DNA of 64,000 bases from Xylographa opegraphella. Lineage: Eukaryota. Below, one piece after another: positions 9,745 to 22,510 of the stretch. The position numbers and the translations under genes are program-made. Position 1 is the first letter of the stretch; every line of letters begins with the position of its first letter. Under the pieces are notes generated by a model. That model did not search any database, was not told the DNA's origin, and saw nothing but the letters and a program-made list of their open reading frames with translations. The stretch is taken from assembly GCA_022813865.1 (NCBI GenBank), contig JALDZX010000020.1, positions 186,001 through 250,000 of the forward strand. Direction: 5' to 3'.

Positions 9745-12700
9745 ATGGTGGACTTCAGCGGACCAGAGCAGAGTACTCTCTCTCGCGTATCCCCTATGCT
9801 GCCTCAATTCACTGATTTGGACTTTCCATCATAGAACACCCGAATCTGAACCTCAGTCCGGAAGAGCGTCGACTTTTTGGCCAAGTGTTCTCCGCTGCGG
9901 ACTCTGATAATCTGGGTGTCGTCACTGGAGATGTCGCTCTCAGGTTCTTTCCCGAGAGAACAAAACTCCCGTCCGAGATCCTTGGAGAGGTAAGCCAGTG
10001 GGCGTCCATCTCTGTTCGGATCAGTACTGAAACCGCTGGGAATACGAACAGATCTGGCAAATCGCCGACACAGAAGATAAGGGGTTCCTTACACCGGCGG
10101 GCTTTGGCATAATCTTGAGACTTATAGGATATGCACAAGCTGGGCGGCCAATATCGGCGGAACTTGCATTAAGACGTGGGTCTACAATACCATGTAAATG
10201 TCGCAACTGAGACTAACTGCAGCACAACACAGCTGGTGGTCCGCTTCCAAGATTTGAAGGTATTAACGGAACTCCAAATGCAGCAGCTGCTGTTACGCCA
10301 GGACCTTTACAACCTCAATCCAGTGGAGGACCCATTAGAGTCCCTCCTCTGGCTTCTGACAAGGCCAACCAGTACGCTGGACTCTTCGATGAATCCGGAG
10401 CGCAGAACGGACTTCTCTTTGGTACGTCGTTACGATTGAGCTACTCTCCTAACACTCGTTGATTGCTCTCTAGGGGGTACCGCGAAGCAGATTTTTGACC
10501 GAGCAGGACTACCTAATGACGTTCTCGTACGCATATGGAACCTTGCGGATACAGAGCAAAGGGGGATGCTTAACGTCACGGAATTTATCATCGCTATGCA
10601 TCTGCTAGCTTCTTACAAGACCGGGGCACTACGCGCCCTTCCTCAAATACTGCCACCAGGCTTATATGAGGCTGCTGCGAGACGTGGCGTACCACCTCGG
10701 CCTGTGTCTGGCTCTCGACCTAATTCCGAGGTCTCTCCGCTCTCTTCCGTGCCGCGGCAGTTTAGTGGTGTAGTACCTCCAAGGACATCGAGTCCTTTAG
10801 CTCGACCTCCTCATAATTCACCATCAGGTTCAGCACATCCCACAGCAGCACAGTCAGTGCCAGGGGTGGTCTGGACGATTACGCCACCCGAGAAATCTCG
10901 CTTCGATGGAATATTCTCGAAAGTCGACACTGAGAATCGTGGATTCGTCACCGGAGAACAGGCAGTTGGCTTTTTCAGCAATTCAAGATTGCCGGAAGAG
11001 GACTTGGCTCAGATTTGGGACTTGGCAGATATTAATTCAGAAGGGCAACTTAATCGTGATGAATTTGCGGTTGCTATGCATCTGATTCAACAGCAACTGG
11101 CGAAGAAAGGCCCACTGCCACAATTTTTACCCCCGAATCTCGTACCACCTGCGATGCGACGACAGCCCGTGCCTCCATCACAATCGACTGCACCAGCTTT
11201 CGACAATGCTGCTAACATTACGAAACCAAAATCCGCAATCGATGATCTCTTCGGTCTTGACGATATCGTAACGCCTACCCCACAGGTACCTCAGTCCACT
11301 GGAGGATCTACGACATTCACACCAGCTTCTCCGCAAGCTTCCGCATCACCATTGCAACCGCAGCATACCCAGCAGTCTACTACTTTCAAACCTTTCGTGC
11401 CTTCTTCCAGCTTCGGCCAAACCATGATGACGCCCCAAGCTACTGGGACATCTGCGCCTACCAACCCTTCTGAACACGGGCGTGGACTTCATCAACAGCC
11501 GAGACAACAAGCATCCAATATGGATGACCTGCTAGGAGATAATGATCCTGAGATCAGTAAACGATTAACTCGAGAGACTACAGAACTTGCCAATCTCTCG
11601 AACCAGGTTGGAACGTTGACGAATCAAATGCATCAAGTCAAGTCGAAGCGAGCGTCGACAGAACAGGACCTCTCCCAAGTAAATACGCAGAAACGTGACT
11701 TTGAAGCTCGACTGTCGCAATTGCGATCTGCGTACGAACAAGAGGTTCGAGACGTCAAATCGTTGGAAGAACGATCGTCCGCATCCAGAGATGACACGAA
11801 AAAGCTGCAGCAGGACCTAGCCATGGTGCAGCATACGCAGCAGAATTTGCAAGCAGAACATCAGCAAGTCGCACTAGCCTTAGAAGCAGACCAAAAAGAA
11901 AATGCAAGTCTCAAAGAACGAATGCGCCAAGTGAACGAGGAAGTCAACCGGTTGAGGCCTCAGTTGGAGAAGATGCGCTCTGATGCTCGACAACAAAAAG
12001 GCCTCGTGGCAATCAATAAGAAGCAGCTAAGCACGATCGAAGCCGAGCGGGAACGAACCAAAGCTGACCTTGATGGGGCAAGCAAAGAGCTTGCAGAATC
12101 CACAAAAGAGCTAGAAGAGTCTAAGCAAAATTTGGAGGCAGCGTCGGAGGCGCACCCACCGGCCGCAGCCAAAGCCGTAAGCCCTGCGCCATCCACTCAG
12201 AGTATGAACCCATTCTTTAGACGGACAACAACATCGTCAGCTGAACGTGCATTGTCTCCGTCGCCTTTCACGCCTCAGACAGTAGCCTCTCCAAATCACA
12301 ATGCATTTGACAGCTTTTTTGGACCCTCCTTTACTGCTGGAGCACCTCTCGAACCAGATACCCAACCGTCTGTGCCTAATTCTACCTCATTTGCCGCCGA
12401 GTCGCCCGGTGAATCCAATGGTGCAAGTAAATCAATAAGACCAGATACTGCCACGCGAGAGCCTTCATCTAAAAATCAGAGTGGGGAGCTGCCTTCGGGA
12501 TCACCGCAACAAACTCACGATGAGCTGCCGTCGTCAACTGAATTACCGCCGCCCCCTCCCCAGTCAAGGCAAATCACCTCGAGTTATCTACCCTTCAGGG
12601 ATAATCGAGAGCAGTCTGGCTCGCCCAGTTCCTCCATAGGCGTTGCAGCACCCGCAAGCCGCTTTGGAGATATGTCAGGACTTGCTACTCCTACAAACGA

Positions 12701-14539
12701 CCGGCAAGCCTCAGGATCACTATCAATGTTGGCAGGGCCTACCTCAAAGAAGGATATTGACAATGATCGAGCAGAAGGGACCTCTTCGTCACCGTTCCCA
12801 GAACGCAAGTCCTCGTTGACACCGTCATCTGACTCACGTAGACCCAGTGCGATAGGTACTGGTGAATCCAATCATAGCTTCCGAGGATTAGAGCAGACAA
12901 GCGCGCCTTCAGAAATTCCTGGATCATTCCCGGGCGATTCGACGCCGTTTCATACGCCTTTAAACAGTTCGACACATTCAGAAGAGTCGCCGCGACAGGT
13001 GGATGCGCCTTCCAGTGCCACAGCTGGCCAAGGATCTACGCTTAAAGATGAGATTACGCAGCCAGGCAGTTCAACAACGGCAAATGAAGGCTTTGACTCT
13101 GCATTCACAGGATTTGGAAACAATAGTAAACCATCAGATGAGACTTCCAGAGGCCTTCCCTCCAATGGCTTTACATCCGCCGTTCAGCCAACTTCCCACA
13201 ATGAATTCCCTCCAATTCAGGAGTTGGGCGGGGACGACGATAGCGATAGCGACTATAGTGATCCTGGCTTTGAGGATAATTTCTCGCCGACCACTCCACC
13301 ACGCCAGCGGGAAAACTCGGGCCACATTGGGAATTCTAAGACTGAGGCAGCGCATATTGCAGGTGGAGATGGACCAGCATCCGCAATTACGAGTTCTACA
13401 GATGATCGGCCCCCAAGTGAAAACGCGCAGCAGTCCCCACCAACATACGATCAGACTATATCACCGAAAGGTCAAGTAGACGGCCACCGGGATTCCAATC
13501 AGTTTCCTGCTGAATATGGTGGACTTTTACCATCACGAGAAGATCCCACACCTTCGTCGCCTCCTGTCCAGAGCCAAGAAGAGGCAGTGCAAACACCGAC
13601 AAATGGCGATGCTGGCTCCTCCATATTTGGTGGAGTGGCCTCATTCTTTAGTGGTAATGCTCCCTCAAATAGCAACACCGGAATTGTGGGAGGAGTGACT
13701 TCGCTTTTTGGCAGAAGCTCGTCATCAAACAATGACGCTGTAGTACCAGATTCAAAGGAACGCACACTTTCTGGATCTTCCTTGTCCCCTTCCCAGATGC
13801 CTATGGCACCCGGCTCTACCGCTGCGCCTTATGCGTACGATAATGCTGAAGCGGCTCGATCACAAGCCCTGTACGCGCAAGACAAACCCCCTATTCCTCC
13901 AAAAAACGCCTTTGATGACTTCGAAGCCGAGTTCGGCGATCTCTCCGAAGCCCAGACGGTCGATGACAAAGGTGACGACGACTTCACTACCTCCACCAGG
14001 GACGGCTTTGACGAATTCAACCCCACTTTTGACTCGCCTGCCCCTTCAAAAGGCACCAACAGCTCTATCATGCACGGCAGTAACGCCTTTACAGATTTCG
14101 AATCAAGCATTTCCGGCTCTGGTATGGCGTCGAGTTCCCGGCAAGCCCCGTCGACTAGCACCGACCATGACTGGGACGCCATATTCGCTGGGATGGATGG
14201 CAACTCCTCCCAGGCGAATGGGTCGAATCATCCGCAGCCCACCATCCCACCAAGCGAGAGCTTTGCAACAGAGGAGAATGCGCCAATTCAATACGCGCCT
14301 CCACCCGGCCCGCCGCCAACATCGAAACCGCAGCTGACTAGGGCGCTAACGACGGGCACGGAGCATGATGATCCAATCCTCAAAAGGCTGACGGGAATGG
14401 GATACCCGCGTGATGAGAGCTTGCAAGCGTTGGAGAAATTTGACTATAATCTCGACAAGGTAATAACTGACGGCGCCGGGAAGAAGGGTTATTACTAACG
14501 AGTGCTTAGGCGGCCGATTACTTGACATCAAAAGCTTGA
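9745..14539 (+). CDS. EDE1: EH-domain / coiled-coil / UBA endocytic scaffold (Ede1/Eps15 homolog)
   Basis: Three EH domains (LPSEILGE|IWQIAD, LPNDVLVRIWNLAD, LPEEDLAQIWDLAD), a long coiled coil, an NPF motif (SMNPFF), and a C-terminal UBA (LTGMGYPRDESLQALEKFDYNLDK|AADYL). Confidence 0.93.
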
Positions 14540-15045
14540 GCGGAGGAACTTCTTGAGACAGGTGGAGGATGTTACTTGAGACAAGGTGGAGAGACGCAGG
14601 CTTGTTGATTTGTATCATGATGTATATTGGTCGCACTTGATTTACGTGTTCACATGATTGACGTGTCGGGGCGAGGAGGAGAGCGCCTGAGAGATGCACT
14701 ACTCGTAATCAATCTTGGGCAGCCACATCACAACCAAGCCGGTCTTGTGGGTGCGATACTGCAAGCATACCATTGTGCCTATTGCATGCATGGTCCCATA
14801 AGTCGTAGCACTCTCCAAAAAGCTGCCAACGGGCCACCTCTTCCTAGCCAGACACTGCTCGGCCAGGAACAGAAAATATGTGATCTCCACACCATGCAAG
14901 CGTCGCGTTTCCGCGCCATCGTACCGAGGCAAACGACGCTGCGCGCTGCGCACTGCGCACATCATGCACGCCATCCGAATGGGCCCCTTCCCATCTCCAC
15001 TTCCGTTTTCCCCATCCTCCGCACCAATCTTCCCCCTCCTCCCGG

Positions 15046-18000
15046 TCACGTCCCCGCCACCATAACCGTATCCTCATCCCGCTCCGGCAAGCGCTCGACC
15101 CTCAAGCCGGCGCGCTTGGCCAGGAAGTCCTCCACATCCGGCTTATGCGCGCGCAGCATGGCGTTGAGGCCGTCGGTGGGCGAACGCTTCAGCAGACCGA
15201 ACTTCTTGCTGATCTTCTTGTCGCGCTCCCACACCGGGTGGGCGTGGTTGACTAACAGCAGCGAGCGCTTGTAGTACCACTTGGCGAAGTCGGTGATGAA
15301 CGTCTCGGTGACGGGGCGGATGGGGTTCTCGGCGACGAAGCCGATCACGCCGGCGATTTGCTCGAGGGCTTCGTCTGCATGGTGAGGAGGGGGTGTTAGC
15401 TGAGGGAATACTTGTTCAGGGGAAGGAGGGGGAGGGGATGGGGACTTACAGTTTCGGGTGTTGAGGAGGTGGAGGATGGCGCGGAAGGCGTTGCCGATGC
15501 CAAGGAAGAAGACTTTAGGGGATTCATTACACCTGGGTGGGTTAGAGGATTGTGTTTCGAGAGGGAGGGCTGGCGGACTCAATGTAATTATCGTAGAGGT
15601 AGATGGCGAGTTCGTTGATTGCTTCAGTCAACTTGAGGGCCTCGTCGTCGGGGTCACCGTCTTCGTCCTAAGGGTTGATTAGTCGATGGTGCTGGTTATA
15701 GGAGATCAAGAATATTGTGTACGCTAATGCCTGTGAGGAATTTGGGGACGTTGACGTCCATCACACCGAAACCGTGGTTGACGGCCCACTCGATGTAGCT
15801 CTTTGATACATCAGCCTTCAAATGGTCAGCGGATTTGCAACTGCTATGCAGCTGGTCAGACTTACTAGCCATGTGTTGTGGAGATCGAGTTGGTTGGTGA
15901 TGGCATTAGGGACGCCGGTGACTTCGGGACTAGAGATTAATTCAGAAACCTGTGAAAGGGCTACATTTCGTCGGGGTACTTACGGATCGTGAAAGATCAC
16001 GAGCAAGGGTACAGCAGTCGAGTAATTTTTTCTGGTATGGATTAAATTGTGGCAATATGAAGGGACAGAGCCGACATACGTAGCGAGGACTTGGTATTCA
16101 AATGATCGTGATACTCGTTCTCGGAATATCCATATGTTGATCATTTTGTGGTTGTCATGTAGGACTTTACTCTGGTATGCACGTATGACGTCTATCTCTA
16201 GTGAGTTTTCGTCTTGTGAAAGGATGCTTTCAATCTAACCATGCATTCTTTCGGATCCGGGCATCATTATCTCGCCTGTGTACATTAGAGATCTGATATT
16301 AGCAATTTTCATGGTCCAAAAGGACTTATTTCGAGATCACCTTTGGGGTAGAGGCATCGCCAGTACCTAGACTGCTGAAGAACAACCCTGCGTACTGTCT
16401 CAACCCCTATTCTTGTTGCAGCTGTTTCTGCTATTCGTTCCGGTGGCTCTCCCATAAGTGTCTTTGTCACCGCCAATGCCGACTTTGATATGGATCGAAG
16501 GTTATAACCACCCTACTTTTGTGATCAGTCTATGGACGCTATAAGTCACTGCGATTTACCTCAAGGCAAACAACGAGCTTTCCATCGGCCAAGGACATCA
16601 ACATGTGTGTCATGTGACCGTAACATGCTGGTGTAACAAAACATCCACCTAACTGGTCTCCGACTGCGGCATCAAAACCGGCGGCGACTGGCTTTGATCA
16701 GCGAGTACCATTGTTTCATTTCGAGGAATTCTGACTTACTGATCACAAGATCGGGATTGAAGTCGAACGCCACAGGCATTATGACATGCTGGAAGGCGAA
16801 CAGGTAATCCGCATCACCCATACCCTTAGTAGGCCAGGGGATATTAATGTTTCTATCAAATCAGTAAGAAGCTACTATTGTCATGGGTACGATTGACTGA
16901 CTTGCCAATACCTGCGCCTACGCCGCAATGGTATAGATCACCGTATGGACCTGCCGGATAGAAATTTCCGTTCTCGTGGACGTGTATCGAAATATAGAGG
17001 ACGTTTGGGTTCGACTCGAATGATTGCTGTATACCGTTCCCTTCATCATTTCAGCTTGATTGAATGATCATGATATATGCATATGCTTACCGTGATGAAC
17101 ATCCCTACAATATTAGTCGAATTTACAAATTCTACATGAGATGCACTTACCAATCGATTATAAGGACTTTTCTATACCGTTCTGGGTATGTTTGACGCAC
17201 AACTTGAGTTGCTATTGAAACGTTGTCAAAGTGACAGAATCCTCTCGAAGTGTCGCACTCGGCATGATGGCCTGGAGGCCGTATCACGGCGATGGCGTTC
17301 TTCACTTGTCCCGTAGCAACTGCTAGGCATGTTTCTATAGCGGCACCAGCTGATAGCAGCGCTGCAGAGTATGTCTGACGATGAAAGTAGATCGAGTCAA
17401 ATGTTTTTTCTCGCCGCCCGAGCTCCTCGTCAGACATACCTGCGATATATTAGCGAGAGCACTTTGCTATGACATTTCTTGAGCGTTCTTACTTGAGGTG
17501 CTTTTGATGAATTCAAAATGAGCATCGTCATGCACCAAGCACACTTCTGTCTTTTTGGCTGGTCGAGCGAGAATACGATAAACTGGATTGGGCGTGATGG
17601 GAGGAATGGCCATGTGGTTATCGGCAACAAGACCAGCCTCACACAACTCTCGATAGATGTGTAAAATCCTTCTCGGATCTTCGGGATGATAATCGGATCG
17701 GTCTTTGGGTGGAGAAAGTTCGGTATGAAAACGCATTCGCGCGTCATAACAGAGTCCAGTCTTTTTGGTATAGTATGGGAGAGGTTCAGTATGTGCATGA
17801 TCCTCACTGACAGGACTATTATCACTGCTACTTGAGGACCTGAATGGCGAGGCGAGGCTCAGCTGGTTCGCTTCCTTTGCAAGAACACTGGCTTCTCGAG
17901 AATTATTTCTTGAGACGCCTAATGATTTCTTGATATGCGAGAAAGGCTCTTGTGTTAGTCCATTCGCGACATTTTTGGTAATTTGTAAACTGTCTTCTAC

Positions 18001-18069
18001 TATTAAATGCGATATGGTATTGGATGAAGTAGGGACATCATGCATATCCAAATCCTCTATTGACTGCAT
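15046..18069 (-). CDS. HDA1: Class II histone deacetylase with C-terminal Arb2 domain (Hda1/Clr3/HdaA), many introns
   Basis: [50 protein letters not shown]; Arb2 part [38 protein letters not shown]. Confidence 0.93.
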
Positions 18070-19346
18070 CGTACACTAGAACGTCTGCCGTCGCGGTCAG
18101 TTGTGCACAGAGACAAGGATGACGTCTCAAAACCACATTTGTCGTGAATAATCAACGACAACTATAGAATACAAGAAGAAAATTCAAGCATGGTGGATTA
18201 ATAGTGCAAATAAATTACTTCGGTCTAAATATATATTAAGGGAAGAGAGACGAAATCACTTACAAATGTATATCTGAAGTTCAAAGTATTCGTTATTGTA
18301 TAATGTATTTCATCATCAACCGTTATTCGACGTAAAGTCCGAGGAAAGCAATACCAAAACTATACAGTCAGCCTAAAGATATACTACATTCGAAGCAAAC
18401 AAGCTATTAAAGAAATTTTATAGACCCCATTAATCGATGCCTCAAGCAGCATAACCCTGGGCAAAAAAAGAATATTACATTATTACCTTACAAAACACTA
18501 TGAGGAAACAGCAAAATGCGCAAGCAATATGATCAAGGGTTGCTTACTACGTCTGTGCCGTATGAAAATTGATTAGCTCTTGAGCTTTCCAGAAAGAACT
18601 ATCAATGCTGGCAGACTGAAGGAATTTCGAAGTACGGGAGTGCCTGAAGTAGAGACTCTTGAAGGTAACAGCATTGTTATTAACTAAGATCAGTGAATAC
18701 AAATACGCGATGAGCAATACAGGTCACTAGTCTTGATGTAGCTAGCGGTGATACACTAATTCCGTCCCCGTTTTCAATCTCTTCTTCATCCATCTTCACA
18801 TTTCAGTACCAGAAACGAAGCATATCTCGTAACGATATAGACAATCAAAGTATAAAATGTGGCAAACGAGAACGATGAGTTCGGAACACTAGGCAGAAAT
18901 CACACTGCGTGAACATTGAATTCTTCTCATATGTCCACATCAATTGTGGGCGACATCGATTCACGTACCAATGCTGAGCTTCTTTACTGAAACAAACCCA
19001 ACTTCTTCCTCATAACGCAATACAAATAGCTCAAAGACAAACTGGAAGAACATGTAGATGAAAGACCACCAAAGGATGCGGAATACAGTCCGAGTGATTC
19101 ATGTGTAGCATAGTGATATGGGTTAGCGGTTGAACAAACCTAACAGTAGCATGATATTACAAAATACCGTATACCATCCTGGGTAGCCATATGCCTTTCC
19201 TCCACGAACCTATAACTCATATTTACATGATGAAGTGGGGAGCTCGTTCGACCTCCATAAGACAAGACTCACGCCCCAGACGCCATTTCATCCATGCCCT
19301 ACCCCAAACACCTGATCCTGGCCATCTGTAGAGTTGGCGACTCCGC

Positions 19347-20323
19347 TTATCGGTATCTTTTCTGTACGCTCCTCTCCCTTCTCCCATCTTGCCCGACATA
19401 ACCTACCACCAGCCCTTCAATATCCCTCCTCTTCGCCCTGCCCAATAACCAATCCGTGATGCCAACTACTCTCCCGATCTCGTGCCCGCCCCCATCTTCC
19501 GCACACTCTATCGTGTGCTCCGCAATTCTACCCTCTTCGTCGAATTTGAATATAAATTTCCCACAAAATTCCTCATCATCTCTTGCATCCCCTCCTAACC
19601 ACTCCGTAATTTTATCAACTTGCTCACTGGCCCCTATACCCTTGTAGAAAGCTCCCATTCCCTTCCCTTTCGTCTTCCCACATGTTTGCCAGCGGACCAC
19701 AAGCTTCTCTTCTCCTGACGGACTGGAAGGAGGTGGGAGCATCCGCTCTGAAAGAATCGAAAGCTTCACATTGCCAACCAGGGGCACCCGGCCCCAAGCC
19801 ACAGGGGAGGTCCAGAGAGCGGCATGATATGCAACACGGCCAGAAACGGTGGGAAGATGTGGATGAGTAGATGGAAAGAGATGTAGAGTAATATTTGGAG
19901 AAAGTATCTCTGGCGGGAGCGGTGATGCGAGGAGTGAAGGTAGCCGTGATTGAAGTATGCGAAGGGCTAAGAATGAGGGTTTGTGGTTAGCGGTATGGCT
20001 CTCAGGGCTCATTCAAATTAAGAGAACATTTCGAACATGGTTGCCCAAGGTTACATACTCTTTCCTAGCTTGAGCGTTCTCTCATCGGAAGGGGGCCGGT
20101 CAGACTGAAGACCACATTCTTCTGGAGTACGATGTGCAGGACCAGAGCCTGAGAACCAGCTATTGCTGGCGAAGATCTCAGGGCTGGTCTGTACTTGAGC
20201 AAGAGTACGATGTGGAGTAAAGAAAGCGCTGCGAAGCGTCGCTGAAAGAGAAATAATCTGGATGCGGGTTGCTAGTACGAGGGTGTCAGTACGGAGAAGT
20301 GTGGTTAAAGAACGGGCACGCAT
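19347..20323 (-). CDS. Conserved fungal hypothetical protein, probably mitochondrial; 2 exons (20323-20059, 19966-19347)
   Basis: Arg/Ser/Thr-rich presequence-like N-terminus; ERTLKLGK|TLRILQSRLP..LHLFPSTHPHLPTVSGRVAY..FIFKFDEEGRI..HTIE. Confidence 0.75.
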
Positions 20324-21346
20324 AGGCGTGACTGTTATTAGCTATCTTTATAGTACTGATAGTATTTGATTTGCATGGGCAAGGTGCCCGATTGTGAACC
20401 CTGAAATGTATCCCTAGAACTTCCGGAAACTAGTTCCCTAGTATAGATGACGTCAAACATCATAGGGCGACGCTAACATCTGTTGTCACAACTTAGTCAT
20501 TCACCTATTCAGAGGTACTCTATAATACCGAAAATATTATAAAATCATAACAACTTAACGGGGTTTATGTTCAAAACAGCAAGATGTATCCTTGGCGAGA
20601 GGTTCTCTCACAACGGACCATTTTACCAATATGTTTTATGTCTACTTATTGACCAACTCGAAGACGCAGAAGCAGTATTTGATATGTCAAATTATCGTCG
20701 ATAGATAAATAACAAGTCACCCTCAATAAAAAATCTTGCTTAAACATGAAGTTACCCAGCCTCAGCCTGCATGGTAGACCATGCATGATGCTGAAAGCTA
20801 GGATTCGCATTGGTGCCAGCAAAGCAATGTTCCATGCCGAGGACGCTTTGAGATACCGTGGCAGAAGGACGAAACGAGGGCACCTGCAGTAGTGGTGCAG
20901 AAAAGGGCGGCAAATCAGAATAAAGTGTCTGGCCGACGACAAGCAGGAAAACGTCGAAAGATGTGAAAAGAGAGTGGGAGATCTGTTTGGACTTATAGGC
21001 CTCTGCCGTGCGCTGGAATGCAGCCCGATGAGAAGAAAGGGGCGTTGCCGGTACACTACCCCAAAACCACTTTCGACAGAATGACCCTAATGGCTTGGGA
21101 ACCTCTTAGGTATGGTCACAAGCGGTCCTTGAGGAATTGGTAGCATACACGCGAGATTGATGGCTTGTCTAATCGCACGGAATAAAATGTCACATACTGC
21201 AAGTAACCAGACTCATTCACTTCGGGTCATCCATTTGCCTTACTCAACCACTCCGAACCTTCCACAGCCCTCTCTCACCTAGGTCTTAACTTCCATCAAA
21301 TCGCCTGAGACTGCTTTGATCTCAATTCCTCCCTCCTTTTCGCCCT

Positions 21347-22220
21347 TCACTTAGAGGCACCATGCATATTTCGCTGATGGCTCAACAACTTGTCACGACG
21401 ATAAAAAGGCTTCGAGTTATACTTGTAGCCAACCTCGTAGCAGTAGAACTTAGCCGCATTTGGCACATGCTTCTTGTAGTGACGATCCAGGTCAGCTATC
21501 CTGCCAAACGTTCGCATACAGCCTGGGAGCAGGCAAGGGAAACGCGAGCTGTTGGTGACCGAATATGACCTCGTAGGTAGCTGAGTATATTCGGTAAATG
21601 TGGATGAACCCTGCAGGGCAGGCAAGACCATGAAAGGAGCGGTACTTCCCGCACGCTGATCGCAAGGAATAGATGTGTCTGTGAAACGTGTATCAAATCC
21701 AAGTAGGTCAAAAGAAGCTGAGCTCTGACCAGCGACGGCTATGTTTGGCAAGAAGTCGAAGGGGCGAGATTGAGTGCAGAGTGAGACACCCGAGGTGACA
21801 TCGCTTTGACAGTTGGATCCATAATTGGCAGACTTGACATCTATATTAGATCCTTCACTGTGGATATCATCATGGTTGATGGAGAGAGTGTGATGAGCCC
21901 AGGTCATAGTTTGCTGGGTCAAATTGTTCTCGATATCAACGCCACCGCCCGTCAGCTGAAAATCATTGGCGATGGAGGAATGTTGGTTGTTTCTTGTTGG
22001 CTTATAGTAACCAATAGGATTGACACAGAGCTCCTCTGTACAGGGACCATGGGTAGCAATTTTGAGCCTCGATTCTCGACGACTAAATGATTCACCGCTT
22101 TTAGCTAAAAGTTGCTAAGAAAAAAACATACCCGTCCTCAGCTGCAGCACCCCGTATGGTTTTCCATGCGTGTGGCTGCCAGCTGAGGTCCGGAGTGGAT
22201 CCATTTGGACGAAAAGCCAT
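21347..22220 (-). CDS. C2H2 zinc-finger protein, 2 exons (22220-22132, 22082-21347)
   Basis: A 49-nt GTATGT..TTAG intron joins MAFRPNG..AEDG to RRESRL.. in frame; C-terminal FPCLLPGCMRTFGRIADLDRHYKKH finger plus a second degenerate finger. Confidence 0.7.
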
Positions 22221-22510
22221 AGAAGAAAGCCGAAGGAGGGCGTTTGCAGAAAAGGGCGCGTGCAGGCCAAGCGCGAGGCTGAGAATACGTAAGTGATCGA
22301 GGCACCGAATCAAGAGGCGAGAGATCCAGCGACTGAACCAGAGCAGGCTGTGAGAAGTCTTAGCAAAGACGGTGGGCGAGGCCAACACTTATATAGAACG
22401 ACGATTCACTGAGGCTGCATTGCTCGCACAAGTAACGAAAAGGGGCGTTCGCAGGCACACTGGTCGATTCGGCTGCATATTATTGGTAGGCATGAATGGT
22501 GTACAAACAT

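Noticed and set aside
14551..14592. Short direct repeat CTTGAGACA(A)GGTGGAG x2 in the EDE1 3' UTR
   Set aside because: Only two copies with a few bases between them; a local duplication, not CRISPR-like or mobile.
14627..15274. 215-aa plus-strand ORF and 116-aa minus-strand ORF between EDE1 and HDA1
   Set aside because: They overlap the GC-rich HDA1 last exon and 3' UTR, are low-complexity and show no family features.
15046..15582. 178-aa ORF as a stand-alone gene
   Set aside because: It is the C-terminal Arb2 portion of HDA1, with intron sequence read through.
18100..19340. AT-rich 1.2-kb gap as a possible pseudogene or transposon relic
   Set aside because: Stops in all frames, with no terminal repeats or transposase/RT motifs recognisable.
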